64,000 nt of DNA from Faecousia sp. (GTDB taxonomy: Bacteria; Bacillota; Clostridia; Oscillospirales; Oscillospiraceae). The first letter of the stretch is position 1; every line of letters starts with the position of its first letter. The position numbers and the translations under genes were made by a program. The notes under the pieces are model-generated. The model ran no database searches, was not told where the DNA came from, and was given only the letters and a program-made list of their open reading frames with translations. Below, piece by piece: positions 57,101 to 64,000 of the stretch. The DNA is taken from contig JBNMHR010000004.1 in the NCBI GenBank assembly GCA_050872865.1, positions 19,350 through 83,349 on the forward strand. Reading direction: 5' to 3'.

Positions 57101-60100
57101 GGATTCGGAAGTTGTATCCTTCCATCATATTAAAATACTTTACGCTTTCACCGTTTTCATCGGTAAATACATAGAAGCATCCATAGGGTGTGTAGGTTGT
57201 TTCTTCCGTATTGTTTTGGAGGGTCAGGACCACATTGTTATCCGCATCCAGAATGTCTACATCTACAGGACAAGCTACCCTGGCAGTCTTGTGGACCTTC
57301 TTCCAGTCGGAGGCACCTATCTCCCAACGCTCTCCATCACTCATTACAACCGTCATTTTTCCACTTCTGGCAGAGGATATATGAATGATTGGATACCCGT
57401 CGCAGTAGATCGTCCCGTAGGATACCAAGCCAACTTTGCGATCCTTTGGCCGAAAGTCAAAGCTATGGCCTTCCCGGTATCCAAGCAGATAAATGGTGTC
57501 ATTTCCCTGGCAATCCAATATCCATTGTTCTCCGTCGCCAATGGAATAATAATAGGCATCGTTCCCTAGGTTCCCATCCAAAAAATCACCGTTATTCGAT
57601 TTTCCGCCGATAATTTTATCATTTCCAGGGCCCAGCAAAACGATTTTGTCATCCCCGGCTCCGCCATAGGCAGTACTCTTGCTAAAACCAGCCGTAAACA
57701 GGTTTGCACACTTTAGAACATGGCTGTCCTTCCCGGAGGTTCCCAAATATAGTTCATTCGTGTCTATACTTGTAGCAAAATGGTTTGCATATGGTGTTTT
57801 ACTGCCATCAGATTGGCCTATAATTGTAGAAAACGAAACTGTTCCGTCACCATTGCAGTGAATAAACGAAGAGAGATTATGAGGAAAATCTTTGCCATCT
57901 CTACGGTATAGAACATACGGAACCGCAAAGAACTTCCCCATATATGCACCCACCAGATGATCCAAATCAATGATATGTGCCTTAAAATTCCAGCAATTAA
58001 CCCCCAAAAAGTTTTCAGCAGCAATTTCCGGCCGATGATAATATAGTGCTTCAAAAGCCCAGGCCGGGTTGAACAGTTCCCCGTATACACCGTAAGTCAT
58101 AGAAACAATCTGTGCAAGTCCACCACCGAGGGAATGGCCGGTAACCGCCGTAATGCCGCCGCTCTCTACGGTGTCCTGGCAATACTGGTAATAGTCCAGT
58201 GCATTCTGAAGTTGTGGAGTAAATGTATGGTTGACCTGGAATGGCAAATCATTTTTGAACCAATCGTCATTCCCGTCTGCTGATTTGAGTGCCTCCGCAA
58301 GGTCTGTAGACCCACGGTAAGCAATAACGATTTCGGTACCGTCAGTGGTCTCCCCTTGGAAGGTCACCGCATAAAAACCAGCGCTGAACTGCTTGGCACA
58401 ATTGTCGGATGTTTCCACAACGGTCCAATTCCAGATATTATCATAGAGCATCCGGCAGGTAAGCCCTTCTTTACCCAGTTCCTGCTGATCCCAACGGTCC
58501 TTCAGATGTTCATAAACGGTTTCGCCAATTCTCCAGTCCTGATATGCCAGGTTGGAGAGGGCGAGGTAGTCCATGCTGGAGGCTGGGTTCGACTTTTCCT
58601 TTTGAAAATAGACCTGGGCATTGAACAAAGGTTCGTTATTGGCTTCAATTTGAACTGCATTCCATTCATATTCTTGCCCTAGAAAATAAACATCCGCTAG
58701 ACTATTACAATCTTTGAAAGCTGAATCTCCGATACTCGCCACACTTTTGGGAATTATTATACTTTTTAGAGCTTTACAACCGTAAAAAACGCCATTACTA
58801 ATGCTGGTCACACTGTTAGGAATTGTTAAATTGGTCAGGCTTGTGCAACCATAAAAAACGCCACTACCAATGCTGGTTACACTGTTTGGAATTATTATAT
58901 CAGTTAAACTCGCACAGTCATAGAATATACAATTTCCAATGCTTGTCACACTGTCCGGAATCGTCACGCTTGTCAGACTTACACAGCCTAAAAATGTACC
59001 ATAAAGAATACTGTTCATGCTATTCGGGATTGTTATGCTCGTTAAAGCTTCACAACCACTAAATGCATTCATGCCAATACTAGCTACACTGTCCGGAATT
59101 GCTATACGAATTAGATTTTTGCACCCATAAAATGCTTCTCTGCCGATACTTGTCACTCCATTTGGAATTGCTATGCTAGTTAGGCCTGTACAGCCAGAAA
59201 ATGCCGAATTACCAATACTAGTCACACCGTTCGGAATCGTTATGTTGGTTAGGCCTGTACAGCTTTCAAATGTACTATCGCCAATACTGGTCACACTGTC
59301 CGGAATTGCTATATTAGCTAAATTTTTACAATAGGCAAATGCTTCCGTACCAATACTGATTACACTGTTCGAAATCGTTACCGCAGTCAGATTACCACAT
59401 CCCAAAAAAGACCAATTACCAATCCTATATATGTATTCCCCTATTACAACGCTCTTGATTCTAGAACGATAACCATCCCACGGAGAATGCCTATTGTAAT
59501 CATAATCCTCCATATCTCCGCTTCCATAAATCGTTAGCAATCCCTTAGCATTCAGCTTCCAATAAACAAATCTGTTGCAAACTCCGGCAGCAACAATTTC
59601 CTCCGCATCAAATGACTCCTGTCCTCGGATTGTTCCGTCATTCCAAGGAGTCTCAAACACCGCTTCTAACGCCTCCTGATCCGCAAAGCGCCGTACCTCC
59701 ACCTTGCCCTCGCCCAGTTCTAAATCTAGCAACTCCATCAATCCGGATACATCCGCTTCTTCCAGCACAAGGATCTCCCGCAGATTTTCCGTCCCAGGGG
59801 CAAACCGGTCTCCAAGGGAAGGCACATCACCCAGGAAGCCGATCACTTTTAGCTGGGTGCAGTTTTCAAAAGCACCATCCCCAACCGTCAAAACCGTCTC
59901 CGGCAGCAAAACGCCTTCTATTTGGGCGTTTCCGGCAAAGGCGCCGGCCTCGATTTTGGTCACGGGGGCATGATCGATCTGCGCAGGCACCTTGACCAGG
60001 AAGGGCTTCTGCGCATCGTCCCAAGTGCCGTGGAAGCCGCAGATGGATACGGTGCCATCGTCCAGGATCCGGTAGGTCCAGTCTTCCCAGGTTCGGGGCT

Positions 60101-60347
60101 CCGGGGCCTCTTCGGTGGTCTCCGGGGGCGTTTCTTCCTCGGTCTCACCGGTGGGCCCTTCGGTCTCCTCGGTTGGTTCCTCCGGGGGGACGGTCTCTTC
60201 CGTTTCTTCCGGAAGGGTCGTTTCCTCGGTTTCTTCCCACTGGGCCACCGTCTCCTCTTCCGGCGTTGCTTCCTCCGCCCAGCTCCCTACCGGGACCATG
60301 CTGAAAAGCATTGCCAGGACCAGGAGCATACTGATCATTCGTTTCAT
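54162..60347 (-). CDS. Large secreted/surface protein: signal peptide, acidic linker, BspA-type LRRs, lipase-like domain, RTX-like Ca-binding repeats, Ig-like stalk
   Basis: About 11 tandem 23-aa IPxSVTSIG repeats, IVIAYRGS and VTGHSLGGG, GGAGDD/GPGND/GNLGND, beta-rich C-terminal half. Confidence 0.85.
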   Translation of the reverse strand: MKRMISMLLVLAMLFSMVPVGSWAEEATPEEETVAQWEETEETTLPEETEETVPPEEPTEETEGPTGETEEETPPETTEEAPEPRTWEDWTYRILDDGTVSICGFHGTWDDAQKPFLVKVPAQIDHAPVTKIEAGAFAGNAQIEGVLLPETVLTVGDGAFENCTQLKVIGFLGDVPSLGDRFAPGTENLREILVLEEADVSGLMELLDLELGEGKVEVRRFADQEALEAVFETPWNDGTIRGQESFDAEEIVAAGVCNRFVYWKLNAKGLLTIYGSGDMEDYDYNRHSPWDGYRSRIKSVVIGEYIYRIGNWSFLGCGNLTAVTISNSVISIGTEAFAYCKNLANIAIPDSVTSIGDSTFESCTGLTNITIPNGVTSIGNSAFSGCTGLTSIAIPNGVTSIGREAFYGCKNLIRIAIPDSVASIGMNAFSGCEALTSITIPNSMNSILYGTFLGCVSLTSVTIPDSVTSIGNCIFYDCASLTDIIIPNSVTSIGSGVFYGCTSLTNLTIPNSVTSISNGVFYGCKALKSIIIPKSVASIGDSAFKDCNSLADVYFLGQEYEWNAVQIEANNEPLFNAQVYFQKEKSNPASSMDYLALSNLAYQDWRIGETVYEHLKDRWDQQELGKEGLTCRMLYDNIWNWTVVETSDNCAKQFSAGFYAVTFQGETTDGTEIVIAYRGSTDLAEALKSADGNDDWFKNDLPFQVNHTFTPQLQNALDYYQYCQDTVESGGITAVTGHSLGGGLAQIVSMTYGVYGELFNPAWAFEALYYHRPEIAAENFLGVNCWNFKAHIIDLDHLVGAYMGKFFAVPYVLYRRDGKDFPHNLSSFIHCNGDGTVSFSTIIGQSDGSKTPYANHFATSIDTNELYLGTSGKDSHVLKCANLFTAGFSKSTAYGGAGDDKIVLLGPGNDKIIGGKSNNGDFLDGNLGNDAYYYSIGDGEQWILDCQGNDTIYLLGYREGHSFDFRPKDRKVGLVSYGTIYCDGYPIIHISSARSGKMTVVMSDGERWEIGASDWKKVHKTARVACPVDVDILDADNNVVLTLQNNTEETTYTPYGCFYVFTDENGESVKYFNMMEGYNFRIRGVDAGTMDVSYILDEGEPMEIQNVPVTAKMTAYVTEDAQPVLALDNNSDGRVDEAFLFGTDMQPQVQLNQSYITLPLGTNMRLLFQTYPEALGEFLQWSVTPIEGENVITVDQDGTIHAHNAGAAYAVASVTANGTTYTARCRVDVTEQKTSAEVQGVQLGTTSLTAELFRKDYASFEVVLLLEQNQSEIAAFAQSEEPGGVAVTGAQFEEEAADELFELRVKDDRTLLVVPRQAALEAPKDVKSSYSSKVCLQIGEETFVTDQSLKLTVKKSMPKLKAAAISFNAFYTDRSQPIEITGGTVTAVIRDENMDTAKTSALPDWLELEDGRLTLNELAPAKAASGNVYVQVETAEWANPVALKIPVKLTYGAPKLKLSATSVTFASANSQGVTLKLQCGNRADTLESLQVEDATAEGFDVTLDRDTGNLTLVPKDAVTAGNKELWVSFADTARQLCLKWKAVVKAPVLTANPKSVTLNGIAGDSVQIPIAVSPADYQIRSIDSFLADSKGNTLERGLLNFSFENGTMSIRTTERTQPGSTYYLHIRIPEMPKDAVITVKTAAQKQSTITVTAKASGGIDRSFPESAAVVTPTFRNYSSGRFTLDNWTLREYEGKNLVTEKPENWEVSVQNGRIIVKAGQTANLNAKHNYTLDASLLLENGQMVQISNVKIPVKYTPVNLKLSKTSITLNPRVGDSDRVTVTCQTKDYDFQEPLVQLDGSGLDFDWADGVLTVNTNADTAFGTTYRVSLQAKAGEPVSVLTVKTPAASKAAVSAKLTAKGSIDVVRDGTAVVVTPKFTNCASWENLEPKLTVEWATSEKNASYTTVPEGMFTVTENEDGTFAIQKTPGATPDLGCQYRAALSFRGGNPAYGKLTLKSGTGKVTAAGAPVLYKTDRFSRGIFQITSADGALNPVDRVTIKDARQQALFCIYDYGNGEYAIGFQDNTVDRNAKYPTSVTLNVFLEGNQSSKPNGTVTLKLVVR

Positions 60348-60549
60348 AAGGGTACCCCTCTTTTTCTATTTTGTGAATCGATTATAGCATTCTGGTAGCG
60401 GATTTCAATATAATTTGGGCAAGTTTGTAGAAGTGCACAGATTTGTGAACGAAATATGGACATATGCAACAAAATTTAGAGATGTTGAGTTCTCATTTTC
60501 CCCGTGTGGGAAAATGAGAAACCGCTTTCAATCGATTGTTGCGGTTTCT

Positions 60550-60625
60550 GGCGGCTGATAGCCGCCCCTACAGTCTAAAACCTTTGGGAATCGCCACACC
60601 AAGCGCGGGCTGGTCCGCAATGACA
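60550..60625. repeat. GTAG-type REP hairpin plus degenerate half-copy of the TGTCATTGCG family
   Basis: Minus-strand GTAGGGGCGGCTATCAGCCGCC (60550-60571); GGGAATCGCCACACC...CGCAATGACA (60586-60625). Confidence 0.6.
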
Positions 60626-60723
60626 CAGATGCAAAATCCCCCGGAACACTTTTTACCGCATTCCGGGGGACGATCCTACATTATATTGTATCCTACATAT
60701 GCGAACGGCCGGGGCAGCTGCCC

Positions 60724-61158
60724 TTACCTTGCGGCTGCACCATATTCTCGCGTCATCGCATTTGCGGAAACGACCCACTGTTTTCCAAACTTGCATACAT
60801 CCACGCCGTTCACCAGTTTCCCGTAGGAAATGGCCTTACGGAGGGTGCTTTCGTTCAGCCCCCAGAGCTCGGTAGCGTCGCTCAGTGCGATCAATCCATC
60901 GAATGGCGTTTGAACGGCCACGCCATGCTCCCAGAGTTCATCACAGGATAGGTCCAAATCATCATTCCAGACAATACCATAGCCGCCAACATCAACGGTA
61001 ACGCAGTTAAAAACAGCCGGATCATCTTTCAGAACGGAAAAAACAGGTAATTTCTCAAATAGGGGCTTTACGTCATACAGCTTTGTCACCCCTTCGCAAA
61101 ATTGGACACTCAGCCTAAAATCCGGAAGGGGGGATACATTTTTCACTTTATGGAACAT
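60724..61158 (-). CDS. DUF2442-like plus HTH protein, putative antitoxin/regulator
   Basis: VKNVSPL.DF.L.V.F..G..K.YD, GYGIVWNDDLDL, C-terminal ATELWGLNESTLRKAI; RBS GGAGG; palindrome TATATCACG-ATAC-CGTGATATA inside its promoter. Confidence 0.8.
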   Translation of the reverse strand: MFHKVKNVSPLPDFRLSVQFCEGVTKLYDVKPLFEKLPVFSVLKDDPAVFNCVTVDVGGYGIVWNDDLDLSCDELWEHGVAVQTPFDGLIALSDATELWGLNESTLRKAISYGKLVNGVDVCKFGKQWVVSANAMTREYGAAAR

Positions 61159-61310
61159 ACGATACCTCCTTGTTCCTTTCATTGTAAATATATCACGATA
61201 CCGTGATATATGTCAATTCCTTTTTGAATAAGTCATGGTCTTATCCGATAAAATCCCCCGGAACGCCTTTCGATGTGCGTTCCGGGGGCCGAACTATATC
61301 CTATTGTATC

Positions 61311-61451
61311 CTACTGCTTATGGCTGCAGCCGGAGCAGCTGGCGCAGTTGCCGCCGCAGGAGTGTTTGCCTTGCTTTTTGTCCTTGACCATGGAGTGGAT
61401 AATGAGGCCCACCACAGCCAGAAGGACCAGGGCCACAATAACAGTACCCAT
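61311..61451 (-). CDS. FeoB-associated Cys-rich membrane protein
   Basis: One TM helix then KKQGKHSCGGNCASCSGC, directly downstream of feoB. Confidence 0.85.
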   Translation of the reverse strand: MGTVIVALVLLAVVGLIIHSMVKDKKQGKHSCGGNCASCSGCSHKQ

Positions 61452-61504
61452 AAAGAATTCCTTTCTAAAATTCCCGGAGGCATTGGCCTCCGGGATAAGG
61501 GTTA

Positions 61505-63985
61505 TTACACACGCACAGTGGTGGTGAGCTTGTTGGACTCCTTGTAGGGGCGGACCAGCATATAAACAATCCCGCACAGGACCGCCAGGGCGGCGACCAG
61601 GCCCAGGATGCTAACGTTGCCGGCGAAGAGGTTACCGAACTGGTTGATCATCAGGGACACGCAGTAGGCGAAGCCGCACTGATAGCCGATGGCGAACCAG
61701 GTCCACTTGGCGTTGTTCATTTCACGCTTGATGGCGCCGATAGCAGCGAAGCAGGGGGCGCACAGCAGGTTGAACACCAGGAAGGACAGGCCGGAAACAT
61801 GGGTGAAGGTAGCGGCCAGGGTCTCGTACACATTGCCGGAAGCACCGTATAGGATGCCCATGGTGCCAACGATGTTCTCCTTGGCCACCAGGCCGGTGAT
61901 GGAGGCAACGGCTGCCTGCCACTCGCCCCAGCCAAGAGGAATGAAGATCCAGGAGATCAGGCTGCCGATGCGAGCCAGGATGCTAAGGTTCAGCTCATCC
62001 TCAGCCAGCATCCGGAAGCCGTCCTCGGTGAAGCCGAAGTAAGAGGTGAACCAGACGAAGATGGTGGACAGGGTGATGATGGTACCGGCCTTCTTAATGA
62101 AGGACCAGCCACGCTCCCAGGTGGAGCGGAGAACGTTGCCCAGGGTGGGGATGTGGTAAGGAGGCAGCTCCATAACGAAGGGAGCGGGATCACCGGCGAA
62201 CATCTTGGTCTTCTTCAGCATGATGCCGGAAACCACGATGGAGGCCATACCGATGAAGTAGGCACCGGTAGAGATCCAGGGGCTGCCGCCGAAGATAGCG
62301 CCGGCGATCATGGCGATGAAGGGCACCTTGGCGCCGCAGGGGATGAAGGTAGTGGTCATAATGGTCATCCGGCGGTCACGCTCGTTTTCGATGGTACGGG
62401 AGGCCATAACACCAGGCACGCCGCAGCCGACGCCAACCAGCATGGGGATGAAGGACTTACCGGACAGGCCGAAGCGGCGGAAGATCCGGTCCAGAACGAA
62501 GGCGATACGGGACATATAGCCGCAGGCCTCCAAAATGGACAGCAGGAAGAACAGCACCAGCATCTGGGGAACGAAGCCCAGGACAGCTCCAACACCGGCA
62601 ACAATACCGTCAAGGATCAAACCGTTGAGCCAATCAGCGCAGTTCAGGCTGTCCAGCAGATTGCCAACCAGCGTAGGCACGCCGGGGACCCACACGCCGT
62701 AGTCGGCGGGATCAGGCTCGGTACCGTAAGCATCCAGAGCGGCCTCAATGGCCTCGTAGTCGGCAGTCTCCGTAGAGGTTGCCAGGGTCTCTTCGTCTTC
62801 CAGCTCATAGTCGATGGAAGAACCGGCAGGGACAGCAGCGCGCAGGGTCTCAATGGCCTGAGCGGCAGCAGCCTCGTCGTAGTCGTCGCTTTCAGAATCC
62901 AAAGCGGCTTCCATATCTTCGTCGCCATACTCAGCGACCAGGGCGGCAATGATCTCATTGGTGTCGCCGTACTCCTCGGAAGCTTCCTCGTAGGCGGCGG
63001 TGCCGATGCCAAACAGATGGTAGCCGTCGCCGAACAGGCCGTCGTTGGCCCAGTCGGTAGCGGGGGTACCAACGGCGATCATGGCGATGTAGTAAACCAG
63101 GTACATGACCACAGCAAAGATGGGCAGGCCCAGCCAGCGGTTGGTAACGATCTTATCGATCTTATCGGAGGTGGTCAGGTTTCCGGCGCTCTTCTTCTTG
63201 TAGCAGGACTTGATGATGGAGGCGATATAAACGTAACGCTCGCCGGTGATGATGGACTCGGCATCGTCGTCATTCTCTCTTTCCGCCGCCTGAATATCCT
63301 GCTCGATGTGAGACATGGTGTCCTGCGGGATGTTCATCTCAGCCAGGACCTTCTCGTCACGCTCGAAGATCTTGATGGCGTACCAGCGCTGCTGCTCCTC
63401 GGGCATGGTGTGCAGCACCGCCTCTTCGATGTGAGCAATGGCGTGTTCCACGGGGCCGGAGAAGGTATGCATCGGCACGGTCTTGGGGCCGGAGGCTGCC
63501 TTGATAGCCACTTCCGCGGCTTCCATGACGCCGGTGCCCTTCAGGGCGGAGATCTCTACCACCTTGCAGCCCAGCTGACGGTGGAGCTCCTGGATGTTGA
63601 TCTGGTCCCCGTTCTTCTTGACCAGGTCCATCATGTTGATGGCCACCACCACGGGGATGCCCAGCTCGGTCAGCTGGGTGGTCAGGTACAGGTTCCGCTC
63701 CAGGTTGGTGCCGTCGATGATGTTCAGGATGGCATCGGGACGCTCGCCGATCAGGTAATTCCGGGCCACCACTTCTTCCAGAGTGTAGGGGGACAGGGAG
63801 TAAATACCGGGCAGGTCCGTGATGATCACATCGTCGTGCTTCTTGAGCTTGCCTTCCTTCTTCTCCACGGTAACGCCGGGCCAGTTGCCGACGAACTGAT
63901 TGGAGCCGGTGAGGGCATTGAACAGGGTCGTCTTGCCGCAGTTGGGGTTACCGGCCAGGGCGATCCGAATGGTCTTCGTTTCCAT
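61505..63985 (-). CDS. feoB: Ferrous iron transporter B
   Basis: GNPNCGKT, VGNWPGVTV, DLPGIYSL, NMMD GTPase motifs; membrane gate domains with GCGVP and CAPC. Confidence 0.97.
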   Translation of the reverse strand: METKTIRIALAGNPNCGKTTLFNALTGSNQFVGNWPGVTVEKKEGKLKKHDDVIITDLPGIYSLSPYTLEEVVARNYLIGERPDAILNIIDGTNLERNLYLTTQLTELGIPVVVAINMMDLVKKNGDQINIQELHRQLGCKVVEISALKGTGVMEAAEVAIKAASGPKTVPMHTFSGPVEHAIAHIEEAVLHTMPEEQQRWYAIKIFERDEKVLAEMNIPQDTMSHIEQDIQAAERENDDDAESIITGERYVYIASIIKSCYKKKSAGNLTTSDKIDKIVTNRWLGLPIFAVVMYLVYYIAMIAVGTPATDWANDGLFGDGYHLFGIGTAAYEEASEEYGDTNEIIAALVAEYGDEDMEAALDSESDDYDEAAAAQAIETLRAAVPAGSSIDYELEDEETLATSTETADYEAIEAALDAYGTEPDPADYGVWVPGVPTLVGNLLDSLNCADWLNGLILDGIVAGVGAVLGFVPQMLVLFFLLSILEACGYMSRIAFVLDRIFRRFGLSGKSFIPMLVGVGCGVPGVMASRTIENERDRRMTIMTTTFIPCGAKVPFIAMIAGAIFGGSPWISTGAYFIGMASIVVSGIMLKKTKMFAGDPAPFVMELPPYHIPTLGNVLRSTWERGWSFIKKAGTIITLSTIFVWFTSYFGFTEDGFRMLAEDELNLSILARIGSLISWIFIPLGWGEWQAAVASITGLVAKENIVGTMGILYGASGNVYETLAATFTHVSGLSFLVFNLLCAPCFAAIGAIKREMNNAKWTWFAIGYQCGFAYCVSLMINQFGNLFAGNVSILGLVAALAVLCGIVYMLVRPYKESNKLTTTVRV

Positions 63986-64000
63986 TTCCAAATCTTCCTT

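Noticed and set aside
58680-59460. 69-bp tandem DNA repeats as a DGR or repeat array
   Set aside because: Fully explained by the coding LRR units; no reverse transcriptase gene in the window.

Overview
GC-rich Clostridia chromosome segment, probably Oscillospiraceae-like (inferred from gene content and order). It holds housekeeping and sporulation genes: ulaE-like epimerase, rpe, a GH13 glucosidase, four glycosyltransferases, an acyl-CoA dehydratase activase-related protein, a spoIVFB/radical-SAM operon, lysS, greA, nrdD, galM, feoB and two tRNA-Pro genes. Accessory blocks are: (i) a ~15 kb redox cluster (20.2-35.1 kb) with three lipoprotein flavodoxins, two DUF4405 cytochrome-b-like membrane proteins, hydrolases, aldo/keto reductases and an Fe-ADH, with MerR- and LysR-type operators readable in the DNA; (ii) a cobalamin riboswitch in front of a LysR gene, followed by a ~150-nt rod-shaped candidate ncRNA; (iii) a deleted IS66 next to a decayed Rhs toxin/immunity array; (iv) a 2061-aa LRR-lipase surface protein. 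Three small inserts are bracketed by duplicated gene 3' ends with no integrase nearby, and a modular REP-like repeat family is dispersed through the window. No CRISPR array, prophage or integrase is visible. All family assignments come from motif recognition, not database searches.
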